Source: Bilabrum cf. latius
Lineage: Eukaryota
Assembly: GCA_965178125.1 (NCBI GenBank)
Contig: OZ237761.1
Coordinates: 868,001-923,300, forward strand
Direction of reading: 5' to 3'
Length of the DNA: 55,300 nt
A model generated the notes under the pieces. That model searched no databases. It was not told the DNA's origin and saw only the letters and a list, made by a program, of their open reading frames with translations. The first letter of the stretch is position 1, and the number at the start of each line of letters is the position of its first letter. A program made the translations under genes and the position numbers. Positions 1-12,460 of this stretch are shown here, piece by piece.

Positions 1-167
1 TCGTATCGCTTCTTGCGTCGACCGGTGTAGTGTGCAGTGGCAGACTGGGTTGCCGTTGCCGCCGGTACATTCCGGGTCTTCCCCCGATTGCAAACCTTGC
101 TGCCACCACTCAGTAGCCCTATAAATTTTGCAATCGTGGGATAGGGACGTTTACTGTATGCTGTAAC

Positions 168-638
168 ATGGCCGCGAGCCATTCAAGCGTCACCACGGAC
201 GCCGACGTGCTCGCACGGCACAACAGGCTGATTCGCAGCGATGCAGAGGATGCATCCAATGATTCATGGGAGGTGCGGTACGCCCGTAGAGCGTACGAAT
301 CTTTGGATAGGAGTGCTATGCTCCTCGATTTCTCGCGGATGTCCGATGGGACCATGGTCGGCTGCAGATGGAGAACGCGACAGGAATCAGAGGCTGGGAA
401 AGGGGACACCGAGTGCGCAAGTGTGACTTGCAACGGGCGCAGTGGTCTATAGTCGTATACATTCCCGTTCGGATTTGTGGAAGGAGGCGATACAAAGACA
501 ATTCTTGCAACAACGAGGCTGTGTAGCCGGTGTGCTTCGATGCTTCAGACTGCCTGGAGGCTCGGACCTGACAACACTGCCAGTGGCAGCACCTCAGCAT
601 AGTCGCCCGCTGCAAAGAAGTCTCGGATAGGTGATTGA
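168..638 (+). CDS. FRA10AC1: FRA10AC1-like spliceosome-associated protein (2 in-frame TAG at 450 and 600)
   Basis: TDADVLARHNRLI..WEVRYARRAYESL..GCRWRT..GKG..C..C..GL*SYTFPFGFVEGG..TRLCSRC matches FRA10AC1 motifs on both sides of TAG 450; ends TGA 636-638. Confidence 0.85.
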
Positions 639-698
639 GTCATGTGGTAGATAATTGAGAAAGCGTTAGATATTTCGAAACCGCAACGAAGCGCTATT

Positions 699-3281
699 TC
701 AAGACTCCATCTCCTCCTGCTGGTGCTCGGCATCTGCTCCACTTCCATCCACACTCTCTTTCTTGTCGCCCGCTCCTTGCGGGCTTTCACGGGCAGTGCC
801 AACTGGGCCATCATCCACACCTTCCCCATGAGCCCTGTCGGCATCCCCAGGTGGTGCATCCTCGCTGTGGACAGCACCCGCGGATGCCGCATCTGCCGGC
901 CCTGCATCACCCCCTTCTTCTTCCTCGCCCTCTTGCTGGCCCTCGCCAACGTTCTCATCCGCCCGCAAAATCTATTTCCCATCGCCTGCACCTGCCCGCT
1001 TCCACGCCAGCTTCGTTTGACGCTGCACCAGCACGAGGGCCAGCGCCATGGGCAGCGGCCAGCCAGCCAGCATCTTGGACGAGAGCACTCGGGCGGGCCC
1101 CGGCTTGAGCCAGCCACCGGACTGCTGGGACGCAACCCCCACCCCAGCCCCCTCGCCGTCCCCTGCGCCTCCTCCCCCGATTCCACCCAGAGAAGGCACA
1201 CCTGCCGTGCTGAGGGCCTCGTCGACCCTCATCGGGGGGCACTCCGCCACGCACACAAAGTCCACTTCCAGCGCGCCACCAGGCCCAGCACCCTCCGCCC
1301 TGCTGGCCACCGTGAAGAGACCAAGGACTGTGGCGCTGCCCAAGTCCACCAGCAGCAGCGGCAGGCCCGCCAGCTGGCTCTTGCCAGCCTGCTCTTCCAC
1401 TGCTGCCAACACGGAACCCGCCGAGATCCGCAACCGCCCCAGCTTGAGTGCCCCCTGCAGCTCCGTCGTGGGGAGCCCCACAACCAGCACGCCGGCACAG
1501 GCGGACCCGCAGCGGGGTGCCACTACGCTCACGTGCGTGGCCTGGCTCTGGGTCAGCAAGTCCACGGCGCTCTGACCGTCCTCATCGCCCGCACCTGCCG
1601 CCCCCACCGCCTGCTGCGGGAGGTCGCCGGGGGCCAGCGGCTCCACCCCGGGCAGCGAGGGCGGTGCAGGGCCCTCGCCGCCGTGCACCCACTCCGCCGC
1701 TGCCGCCTCAACCGCCCCGCCGTGCTGCTGCGTGGCGGCTGGCAGCAGGGGCAGCACCACAGTCGGTGACAGCGACTAGAACGGCACCCAGGGCCCGGGA
1801 CTGACCCCGAGACTCACCAGCGCCTGTGCCGCTCGACTGTGCCGGATCGCGTGGGCCACGAGGTCCGGCTTCCTGGCAGGACCCGCGCCTTGGCCTCCCG
1901 CTGCTTCCTCGGGCTCCCGCTTCTTTCTGGGTGCTGCTTCCTTCCGCCAGGCCTTGGCCTCCCTCTGAGCGGCGCCGCCCCCTCCTGCGATCTCTTCCAC
2001 GCGCTTCATGAGCCTGCCCTGCTCGCGGGAGGACATGGGTGGCAGGGCGGTCCCATCGGGCGGGATGGACGGGCCCACCTCCTCGTTTTCTAGCTCCGAG
2101 TCATCCACAAGGACCCACGGCTCCTGCACCTGTTCCTCTGCTAGACCCCCCACGCCCGAGGAGGACGACGCCCCGTCTAGGTCTATCTGCAGGGCGGGGC
2201 GCAGGAAGACCATGAGCATGAGGGAGTGCCCCAGCACAGAGGGCAGCGGCTAGAAGTTCTTGGATCGGACGATTCGCTCGTGCATGGCCGGCTCGCTGAC
2301 CAGATTCGCACACATGCTGAAGGGAAGCTTCACAGTTCTGTGCCACTGCACTCCAAACAAGCAAGGCTCCTGCCTCGCGTCCCGGATGCCAGAGGTCACC
2401 TGTGCGACCCCCTGGAAGTACCTGGAGCCAACCACGGAGAAAAATAGAAACACGCGAGGGGCGCCGGGAGATCCTGGCGGGTGGTCCATGATCCGCAGGG
2501 CGCGATTCACTCTCGCGGCGTGCTCGCTGGTGCAGGCCCAAGCACCCTGCCTGACGCTGCGCATCAGAGTGGCAGAGTCCGCCACCTTGACCACGAAGTA
2601 AAAGCTCTGGCTTGAGGCGTCACCGGACCGGCCATGAGCGCCTCCCCCAGGCAGAGTCGCGTCGGGGCATCCGAGCCGGGCCCCGTACGTGCGCCAGGGC
2701 ATCTCGAGGGACCGCGCGTCGGGCAGGGTGGCGCAGGGGGCCCACGGCTGCATCACGCAGGCCTCCGCGCCGCGACGTGACACCACGCCCTGGCCCAGGG
2801 CAAGCTCTTGCAGGGCGCCTCCCTTCATGAACTGCCTATCGCCAGGCTCCCCCACCCTCGAGGTCTCGTCGTGCGACCGGCCGTGCGCTCCCTGTGTGAG
2901 CGTGTGGTAGTCGGGCAGGACCTTCACGCCGCGCTGTCGATTCACTTCTGCTGCTCGCGATTGCGCAGTATACTCTCGCGCGACGTGAGGTCGCTGCTCT
3001 GCGGGTTTCGTGTGGTGCCTCATCCTGCAGGACTGGCCTAGCGGGCAAAATCCGGCCGCAAAATCGGGGCAGATGTCTGTGCCAACTCGCATCGATTCTT
3101 CTGCACCGGTATGCAGGAATTTGCAGTCTCTATTCCGGCAGTTCAGACCATGCTGGCACTCTGGCATTTTATCCGGATTATCCTCGTGCAAAAAGTCGCA
3201 GGCGTCGCCCTTCATGCAGCCACCGCGAATCCAATACATGCACACTCGGTCCCGTTTGCGTCTTCGGCCAGCAGCAGTCAT
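699..3281 (-). CDS. CPSF30: CPSF30-like protein with three CCCH zinc fingers, a YTH domain and a long low-complexity C-terminus (TAG at 2250, 1776, 972 read through)
   Basis: VCMYWIRGGCMKGDACDFLH, MPECQHG, CPDFAAGFCPLGQSCRMRH; YTH motifs YFVVK, GAWA, FLFFSV..SRYFQGVA, FGVQW; four ORF-track pieces share one frame and are separated only by TAG; ends TGA at 699. Confidence 0.85.
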
Positions 3282-3670
3282 TCCCGACGAGGAGGAGGCG
3301 CCTGCACTTGCGTGCGATACCCCATGCTACCCCAAAGCTCCAGTGGAACTGAATTGAGCCCCACCGCTGAAGTTACCACCAAACGAGCCGGCTTGCGGTG
3401 GGCCGCCGGCAACAGGTGCCCCAGCCCCCGCAGCAGGTAAGGAAGGCGGTGCTTCCTACGGAACCTCAAGGCTTTCCTCGAAATCGAACTCCATTGGGAA
3501 TAAGACCAAAAAATATTTCTTCAACTGCGTTTAATGACGCGAAGTGGGCTCGTTTTGATGCGGATCTGGTTTCCAGTTTGTACAGTAATGTTTTGGTTCA
3601 GATCTGTTTGAGTGGCAGACACTTGAGCCGCAGGTATCGAGCATATATTAACTCTGTGGCGTCCATAGCA

Positions 3671-6600
3671 ATGGCGTCGATCGTGTTTCAGTGGCTAGAT
3701 CGAATCGGCCTCGGGGATGCGATCCCAGCGTTCGAAGCGAAGGGAATCACCACACCCCAGGTGAGTACGGCCGCTCGAACTGTCAGATTTCGAAGCAAAT
3801 ATTTCAATGGTCAGACCATGCCACCAACTATTTGAATGTCTGCCAGAGTACTTAGTGCTTTCATAATTTGGTGTGATGCTCATTTGCATCATTGGATTGG
3901 CGGGAAGTGACATGGACTCCAGTCGCTTCTGCGACAATCGCGTGTAATATCGCCGCGCCAGCAATTCTCGCAGGCTCTCATGAATCTCAAGTTCGATCAT
4001 TACGATGAAGGTGAGTGCTAGATCCATTGCGTCCCGTGGATTACTGCTGGAATTGAATTGAACCGAGTATTCGAACGCAATACAAGGGTTCCCACGAACA
4101 CATAATTTGAGCGATACGCTCTCCTCGCAGTCGGTGTAACACATGTAGCAGATAGAAGGCGTTTGTTGGAGCTAGTGAACCGAGTACGTTAGGCCGCGAA
4201 CAAGAACCAAGAGAAACCTGCCGAGTCCGGTGGCGAGAGTTCAGTGCCAACCGAGGCAGGCAGGAAAGAGGCAGCAGCGCAGGCTGCAGCCCAGCCCCGT
4301 GCATCGACCGCCACCGGTACACGCACGGACTCTCGTGTAGAGAAACCCATCCGGGCCAGCGGAGCGGTGGAGGCCTAGCTGAGAGCGGCCCTCGCCGAGG
4401 TGGGGGCCAGCAGCGATGACGTGGACTCGTTCTGCGCGCAGCTGCTCAGGCGCCCCGATGCGGCTGCCATGGCGGCGACTCCGACGTCGGTTAGAGTATT
4501 CTTCCGCCGCTGGCAGGAGGATGCCTCGGGACGGACGACCGCGCGGCCCAAAGGAGCCACCGGGAGCGGAGGCGCGGGGGCTGCCCCCGGCTCCAGCGAG
4601 GCCGCGCCCCCGCCGCCCCCGCCTGGCAGTAGCACCGATGCCGGGGGCGTGCCAGCCTCTCGCCGTCGCGCTCCGGCCGCCAGTGGAGCGGGCTCCTTCG
4701 ACCGAGACGGATTCGAGGTAGGCGCGCGGCCCCGGCCAGGCAGGCGGGCCAGGTCCGCCATCCCTGCTGCGGGGACGGGGACGGGGGCAGCGGCAGGGGC
4801 AGCGGCGGGGGGCAAAGCTGGCATAGGGAGTGCGCCGCCGGGAGCAGGGGCGGGGAAGGCCTCCCACCCCATGCACCGGTCCAGGTCGGACGGAGCGCCT
4901 GTCGGTGGCAGCTCTTCGGCCGTCTTGAGCTCCATCGACGACGGGCCCAAGATCCGCGTGGTGGTGCGGAAGCGGCCGCTGAATCGGACTGAGGTAAAGA
5001 CGGGTGACCTAGATGTGATCGACACGATCACGCGGCGCACATCCCTGGTGCACGAGGCCAAGCAGAAGGTGGACCTGACGAGGTACACGGAGACGCACGA
5101 GTTCACCTTCGACGACGTCTTCGACCACACTTGCGATACGGCAAAGATCTACCAGCACACTGCCAGGCCGCTCATTGCATCCGTGTTTGCGGGGCGCAAA
5201 GCGACTTGCTTCGCGTACGGTCAGACGGGGAGCGGCAAAACCTTCACGATGATGGGTGACCCCAAGCGAGGCTCTCCCGGTCTGTACTCGCTGGCGGCAA
5301 GGGACCTGTTCGTAGGCCTCAGGCGGCCTGAATTCAAGTCGCTGCGGGTAGTGGTGAGCTTCTTTGAGATTTACGGTGGCAAGCTGTTCGATCTGCTGAA
5401 TGCGCGCAAGGTGCTCAAGTGCCTCGTGGACGCCCAGCAGAACGTGGTGGTCAAGGGTCTCTCCGAGCAGGCCGTGTCCTCGATGGATGCTCTCATGAGG
5501 GTCATCGACCATGGCAATAACGTGCGGTCCACGGGGACCACAGGGGCCAACGCCGACTCGAGTCGGTCTCACGCTATCCTGCAGATCGAGTTGCGGACGA
5601 GGTCGGGGCGACCGAGGGGTCGGTTCTCGTTCATCGACCTCGCCGGCTCGGAGAGGGGCGCCGACACGACCCACAACGATCGCCGCACCCGCCTCGAGGG
5701 CGCCGAGATCAACAAGTCGCTGCTTGCACTCAAGGAGTGCATCCGGTCTCTGTACCAGGAGCACGACCACACTCCCTTCCGCGGCAGCAAGCTCACACAG
5801 GTGCTCAAGGACTCCTTCGTGGGGAACAGTCGCACCTGCATGATCGCCACGGTGAGCCCAGCCTCCACCAACTGCGAGCACACGCTGAACACCCTCCGGT
5901 ACGCCTACCGCGTCAAGGAGATCAGAAGGGACGATGGGAGCGCTCGCGACGACGACCCTCCTCACGGCACCGGGCACCTGCAGGACAACCCCAGGTCGTA
6001 CACGCAGTTCATGCGCAAGAAGGGAGCGCCCTCCTCGCCTGGCCGAGACTTTGACGAGGGCGGCGGAGCGGCCATGGGTGGGGCTGGCGTTGACGAGGAC
6101 GAGGCTGGCGTAAGCGCGGAGCTTGGCCTTAATGCGGCAGCTGCTACCGCAGGTGAGTCCGTCACCGACCCGTCGGACGGAGTGCATGGCACAGGTAGCA
6201 TCGGCGGGGCGGCGAGACCGCCTGTGGCCGCTGTTGCCGGCAAGCGCAGCTCGCGAGGGCGGGCCATCCCTCTGCCGCCCTCCTCGACCGCGTCCGACGG
6301 AGCGAGCGAGCCCATCTCGGAGCGTGCGGCTGCTGGCCCCCCTGGCATGCAGCCCTCCAAGCGCGGGAGTCCGCCAGGCCCCAAGCAGCGCGCGACAGGT
6401 CGCACTGCGAGTGGGAGCGTGGGCTCGGGCGCTGGGGCAGGCGCAGAGCCTCCCGGGAGACGTCAGTCTGGGGGAACAGGTCGCCGACGAGGTTCGCCCT
6501 CCTCTGCGGCCCTCAGCGATGTGCACAGCGCCAGGGTGCGCGGCAGGGTGCTGTCGAGACTGCCCCGACGGGGAGCCGACGCGAGTGCGGGACGCAGTAG

Positions 6601-7909
6601 AGGGGCAGAGCAAGAGCGGGTGCTGCCCGAGCGGAATCCAGCGCGTGGTACTCGCGGTGGCTAGCGGGGCACGGCGAAAGCCGGCATGACTGGCCAGCAA
6701 GAAACGAAAATTTCCGACCCGGGAGACACCAAGGCGGGGCCAAGCGGCAACAGGTACTCGCGCGGCGATCCGTCGCGGGATGGTGCAGGTGGGGTTGAAG
6801 GCGTGCGGGGGCAGGCTGCCAGCTCGCTTAGGCAGGACGAGGAGAGGCTGAAGGGCGCGACGGAGGACCCTGCCGGTCTTGCCATGGACGTGCTCGGCGA
6901 TGAGAAAGCAGTCCATTTGCTGCGGGCGCATCGGTAGCAGGTCCTTCGCATGACGGAGTTCCTGCGGTAGGAGATGGAGCTAGTGACGGACGTGCGTGCA
7001 GTGGCGGCCATGGGCATGCGGGCCTATGTGGACCGCGTGGAGGAGATGCTCGGGGACAAGCTGTTCCTCATCGATGGGATGGGGGAGGCCCTCGTTCAGT
7101 TCAAGAAGGTCAAGGGCTGGGCCGATGAAGAGGAGGCGGAGGATGAGGATGAGGAGGAGGTCCGGGACGGAGTCACGGACGGTGGCGAGGATACGTTCGC
7201 GGGGGGGGATGAGAAGCGGCAAGACGAACAAGAGGGGGGACAGGGCCCCGGATTCGCTGAGCACCATCTGCCAGGCCATAGTAGCGACGGCATCGAGGGG
7301 GAGGACGTCTCGCCGCCAGACGCACCACCGGGACACGCGCAGGGTCGTGCAGTGCACCGGCCTATCCTGTAGGATGATGAGACAGGAGACAAGAGGGCAC
7401 GACAGGCCGCTGCTGTGTCGCTGACATCGCCACACTCAGCGGATGGCGGCGCCTCTCTAGACGCCGGTGTGGGTCTTGAGTATGACGAGAGGTATCATGG
7501 TGAAGATGACGACAATGAGGATGGTGATAATGATGATGAGGATGGTGGTGGTTGTGGTGGTGGTGGTAGCACTGGCGATGAGGGCTAGATGGACGGGGCC
7601 ATGTACAGCGCCAGGACCAGTCGAGCAAGTGAAGGGGAGGGGGGTAGGGTCGAGCGCGAGGATGGAGATCAAGGAGCTGGTGGGAGGCGACCGCTTCCTC
7701 CTGGCTCGCCGGGCAGCCGTGCGCAATCGTCGGGCCTGAGTCCCGGCACTGGCAGGGCGTCTGCTCCGCACACGGCGCGCATTTCGCTCGCGGGGCTCCG
7801 GGCCGCTGCCTCTGCTGCAGCCCAAGGCCACTCCCAGCTGGATGATCTTCGCGGGTCCGAGGGAGAATCAGACGATGATGAGGTCATGATTGAATCGCCA
7901 GATGATTGA
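3671..7909 (+). CDS. Kinesin-13 with N-terminal SAM domain; exons 3671-3760, 3974-4010, 4131-7909; 7 in-frame TAG
   Basis: KVDLT, GQTGSGKT, SSRSHA, DLAGSERGAD and KEC motifs; SAM-like VFQWLDRIGL..GVTHVADRRRLLELV spliced over GTGAG...CGCAG introns; C-terminal AHR*Q..LR*EMEL coiled-coil motif; ends TGA. Confidence 0.92.
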
Positions 7910-8513
7910 AATTATACGTATAGGTGCATGTGGAATCCGTGCCAACGGCCCCCTCGGCAAAATGGTTCGCAATCCATGTATACGTTTTCATGTCGCCTGG
8001 TCTGCCGAAATATTAGCCGTCAATTCACGCGTCCATAAATGTGTAAAGCAGCAGTGTTTATTTGGAATTGATTCGAAGTACCGCGCTGTATCTTGCTTCA
8101 GCTGATGATTTTTCTGCTGTTTCCGCCCAAATCCCAACGTAATCATCCAGGATGACATTATGAAATGAAGTTTGCCAAGGCAATCCCAAGGAGCTCCAAT
8201 TTTTGAGTTCGTGCGAGAGTGTTCAAAGTCTGTCACAGACTTTGAACACCCGCACCTGCCTGCTTGGCTCCAGGAGCACCGCTGCAACGTCTATGCGGTA
8301 ATTTAAACCCGATCTTTGATTTGATGTGCCAACGAGTTACGATTGCGGCGTTGCTGACAGTCTTGGTCCAAGATTCGATTACCGCACCTTGGCTCCAAAT
8401 TCACCCAGAGAGCGTCAAGTGCAACTGCCAGTGCATGAAGAACACTTCCCTAGCTGCACATCTCAAAAGAAAAAGGTTGGCTCCTGTACCGAAGGGACAT
8501 AAATCTACTCAAC

Positions 8514-10352
8514 ATGCAAGAAAAATCATGTTTCTGTTCGAGCCACAGGCTGCAGGACATGCAGCAGTCGTGGGCGGCGAGCTCAACGTCGCTTTTGCAG
8601 TACTGGCCTGCACTTCTGGCCCTCGTGCTTTTCCAGTTCTTCCATCTCTTCAAACCGAGCGCGCCCTACTTCGTCAGCATTCTCGTTGGTCCATTTGACC
8701 TTTCCTTCGACCAGGTGTTCGACGAGCTTTTCCCATACAGCACTTGGGCCCTGCTTCCTGCAGCCTTGCTGGTCGGACTCGTGCACGAGCTGGTCGGGCG
8801 GTCTGCCGCACTGGGCGTCGTAGCTGTCGGTACAGTGCTAACCAGTTTGATTACGGTCCTATCGGTTGGAAATATGGACTGGCTGATTGCTTCGCAATTC
8901 GCATTTGGCGTGCAGACCGGTGCAGTGATCGCGGTCCCGGCAGCAGCCTTCGAGATCCTCCCCACGAGGCTGTACATGACGGGGAACAGCTGGGCGAGGG
9001 CCGCTCTCATGCTGGGCACAATGACTGCTTCACTCGTTGGGTGGGCATTGGTTCGCCGTCACGACTGGCGCATAGAGGACACGCTCTGGTTCTCCGTGGG
9101 GGGCATCTCCATGTCCCTCCTCGCGTGGGTGGTTGCAGACCGGCTGGGCTGGCTCAGCGTGCCACATGCCAAAGATCATGCCGGAGAAACGGGTACTGAC
9201 GACTCAGTCGGCCTCACTGCCATCGATCTGCGGTTTCACGAGCCTCTCCAAGCCACCCTCCTGGGATACGAGGACCGAGAGACAGCCAGCGAGGGGAGAG
9301 AGCCGGAGGCAGCCATCTCAACACGGACCGGATCCCTTGCAGCCGGGCATAGGTCCTCCCCATGCACACCCTCCAGGGTGATGGAGGCTGGAGCTGCCCT
9401 CGCTGGTGCCCTGCAGGACCGCAGTGTGCTGCTCTGGGGCCTCGTGTTCGCCGCAGCTCGGTCCGCGCACACCCTCGTGCTGACCTACTGGTCGAATGTG
9501 CTGCGAGGACTAGATGCATCCGACCGCGAGAAAGAGGACTACTTCGTGCTTGGCTACGTGGTGGCAGCCGGAACTGTCTTGCTGCTGGCAGTGCCCGGAG
9601 TGTACCGGGCTGTCATGCGGTGGCGAGTGTGGGTCGCGCTGGCGTGCTCGCTCGTGAATACCGGCCTGCTAATCGGCATGGGCGAGGCAACAAGCGTGGA
9701 TGCTGGGGGTGCACCGTACCTTGTGTACCGGTGCTTCGCCGAGGTGATTCTGCTTATCTCTGTGGTGAGCTTGGGCGCGAGAGTCACCGAGGTAAGCCAG
9801 GGCCACCACGTCAAGGCAGGCGGTCATTCCACTGGCAGCCAGCTTGAGGCATCCAATGCAGGTGCTGATGGCAAATCACCAGAGACTGAGACTGCGATTT
9901 CCAAAGAAACGCATGGTGCAAAGCTCGATCCCGACTCAGAAGCTACAGCACCAGCACCAGCAACGACGCTGGTGCCGGCCACAGCGGCGGTGGCTGGGGC
10001 AGGCGCACAGCTCCAGTCGCAGCCCGCCACCTTGGGGCATGGGGGAGTGATCGCTCTGGCCGTCATGGTGGGCCTCGCGGTGCAGATAGCCCTAGAGGAG
10101 ATCTTCGCGGCGGACGAAGTGGTGCTGACCAGCCAGTTCCTTGTGGTGGCGATCGTGCAGGCTGTCGGTGTGACGAGTGGCGTACTAGGCCTCGTGCTGT
10201 GCCAGTGCGGCAATGCGATTGCTCCACTTCCGACCGCGGTAAGCTACCACGACATCGAGTCTACCCCGAAAGCGCAATCCGAATCGAAGGAGGCGACAGA
10301 CGGAGCGGCTGCGCCACACAACGAGAACGAGACCGGAGTTGCCAGGGAGTGA
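8514..10352 (+). CDS. SLC19 / reduced-folate-thiamine carrier family transporter (start 8514 or 8559)
   Basis: FQFFHLFKPSAPYFVSIL..LSFDQVFDELFPYSTW resembles the SLC19 N-terminal motif; many hydrophobic TM segments; ends TGA; no in-frame TAG. Confidence 0.75.
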   Translation: MQEKSCFCSSHRLQDMQQSWAASSTSLLQYWPALLALVLFQFFHLFKPSAPYFVSILVGPFDLSFDQVFDELFPYSTWALLPAALLVGLVHELVGRSAALGVVAVGTVLTSLITVLSVGNMDWLIASQFAFGVQTGAVIAVPAAAFEILPTRLYMTGNSWARAALMLGTMTASLVGWALVRRHDWRIEDTLWFSVGGISMSLLAWVVADRLGWLSVPHAKDHAGETGTDDSVGLTAIDLRFHEPLQATLLGYEDRETASEGREPEAAISTRTGSLAAGHRSSPCTPSRVMEAGAALAGALQDRSVLLWGLVFAAARSAHTLVLTYWSNVLRGLDASDREKEDYFVLGYVVAAGTVLLLAVPGVYRAVMRWRVWVALACSLVNTGLLIGMGEATSVDAGGAPYLVYRCFAEVILLISVVSLGARVTEVSQGHHVKAGGHSTGSQLEASNAGADGKSPETETAISKETHGAKLDPDSEATAPAPATTLVPATAAVAGAGAQLQSQPATLGHGGVIALAVMVGLAVQIALEEIFAADEVVLTSQFLVVAIVQAVGVTSGVLGLVLCQCGNAIAPLPTAVSYHDIESTPKAQSESKEATDGAAAPHNENETGVARE

Positions 10353-10727
10353 GCAGCGCGCTGCAAGGCCTCGAAAGCATGTGGGGCAAGCACTCTGCAC
10401 TAGGTCCATGTTGAATAGATTAGCTCTACCGTAGAGATACAACCAACCGATGGGTGGCGAAATGAAAGGAATCCTCTTGGGCAGGAACCTCGATCGCCGC
10501 GGTAGCTCTTCGAGACTCTACCCGAACTGATCATGGAAATGGTGTCATGATCACGCACGGTATTGAAGCATTGCATGTAGATTATTTGCTTTTCCCGATG
10601 TACTCGCTTCAAGTCTCAATATCATACGCAGCCGTCGCGGTCCGTTATTGTAGCGTGTTGAATGCACGCAATGCTGATAATTGCTCCGTAGGACAGTTTA
10701 CCCGTGCTTCTACCGGCAACAGGAAGT

Positions 10728-12273
10728 ATGCGGTCCGTTTCGTGCGTATTGCTTGCAGCTGCATCGATAGTTCTTGCCACAAACCCGAGGGATGCTGTTG
10801 TGGGGGGAACCAGAACTCTTGTGGTGGTGGAGGATCGCGAGATGGCCGCAGCCCACTCTGCATTGCTGCAGTAGCTGCGCTCCGATGGTCATTCGCTGGA
10901 TATTTAGATGGCTGATACAACTGATGTGTCTATTGAAAAGTTTGGGGAGCACGTGTATGACCATATCGTGCTGTTGGCACCAGGGTCTGAAGGTGAGATA
11001 CGACGGCCGTCCACACGTGTAGGCTGGATGTACCGACAGATGCCTGTCCTCCGCAGGGCTATCTTTTCGCAAGTTTTCCTTTACTCTTTTTCTTCTCGCA
11101 GTGCCAGCTGGACTTGATGCAGACTAGTTGACTAGATATATCGATACTGGAGGTTCAGTATTGGCGGTGGCATCTGAGGCAGCCTCTGGCACGCTACGAG
11201 AATTCGCATCTGAAATTGGCGTTGATATCCACCCAACATAGTCTGCTGTTATTGACCACCTGTCGTTTGATACCGCGGATCCGACCGGACAGCACCAGCG
11301 GGTGGTCACCTCGGGTGTAGCCTCAGTGGCTCCGCTGGTCGGCGCTGAACTCGCGAGCAAGGGCTCTTCTGCTCGCGTGCTTTACCAGGGCGTCGGCCTC
11401 TCGGCGGATCCCGACAACCTGCAGGTCATTCGGGCGCTGGTAGGCGAGTCGACCACGTACAGCGCGATGGCGGGCGAGTCAGCCGAGGTCCCCCTCGCAG
11501 CGGGAGCGGACACGCTGCTGGTCGCTGCCATCCAGGCCCGCAACAACGCGCGCGTGGTGCTGGTGGGATCTCCCTTCCTTCTCTCGGACGAGGCCTTCAC
11601 TGCCACCGTGCAGTCCGCCTCTGCCCCGGACTCGGCTGGCCAGCCCAGCGACAACCGCGCGCTGGCCCGGGCCCTCTCCCGGTGGTGCTTCCAGCGGGCG
11701 GGTGTGCTCCGGGCCTCGGGGGTGAGGCACACCAGGGCGGATGGGAGCAGCCCGGAGCTGCTGGTCTCTAACAAGGCGCGGCCAGACCTCCCCGACTCGA
11801 TGTTCCCCGAGCCCGAGATCGGTCGTGAGACTCGCGCCTACCGCATCAAGGACGACCTGGTGTTCCAGGTGGACCTGCACCAGCACGCGCAGGGCAAGGA
11901 CGGCAGCTGGTAGTGGACGCCCTTCGTGGCAGACGACGTGCAGCTCGAGTTCGTGATGCTGGACCCGTACGTGAGGACCAACATGACCACCGATGGCAGC
12001 GGGGCATTCACCGCTCGCTTCAAGGCGCCTGACAGGCACGGCATCTACAAGTTCCGCATCATGTACCGCCGCGAGGGCTGGAGCACCGTTAGCGTGAGTG
12101 AGCAGGTGAGCGTGCGGCCCTTCAGGCACAACGAATACCCGCGTTACCTGGGCCAGGCGATGCCCTACTACGCTACCGTGTTCGTGCTAATGGCTGGTTT
12201 CTTTGTGACGCTCGGACTCATGCTGTCAACCAAGGACGGAGGTGTGGTGGAAGCTGAGAAGAAGTCACAGTGA
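10728..12273 (+). CDS. WBP1: Oligosaccharyltransferase 48-kDa subunit; exons 10728-10992 and 11102-12273; 5 in-frame TAG
   Basis: Signal peptide, RTLVVVED, KFGEHVYDHIVLLAP, YIDTGGSVL, QARNNARVV..GS, DDVQLEFVMLDPYVR, PDRHGIYKF, RPFRHNEYPR, C-terminal TM and KKSQ di-lysine ER motif; ends TGA. Confidence 0.93.
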
Positions 12274-12460
12274 AAGCCGGGGCAGTTGCATTGATGTAGA
12301 ATCAGGTTGACTAGTGAATTGACGCTGAGCAGCTGGATTGCTTGATTTTGTTCCAAATCGTCGGTCACCGCCGGCGTGGTTCCCGGTTCCGCTGCTGCTG
12401 GCGCGTCGATACGAGTCCGCCCTCAAGGATCCACCACTTGGGCTTCCTTGTGGGCAGGCA

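Noticed and set aside
5009-6931. Long antisense and alternate-frame ORFs here and at 723-1769, 20958-21977, 23477-24604 and 49941-50936
   Set aside because: Shadow ORFs of GC-rich coding sequence on the other strand or frame; no recognisable motifs
7490-7570. GAT/GGT microsatellite or His-rich antisense ORF
   Set aside because: It is the Asp/Gly-rich coding tail of the kinesin once TAG is read through
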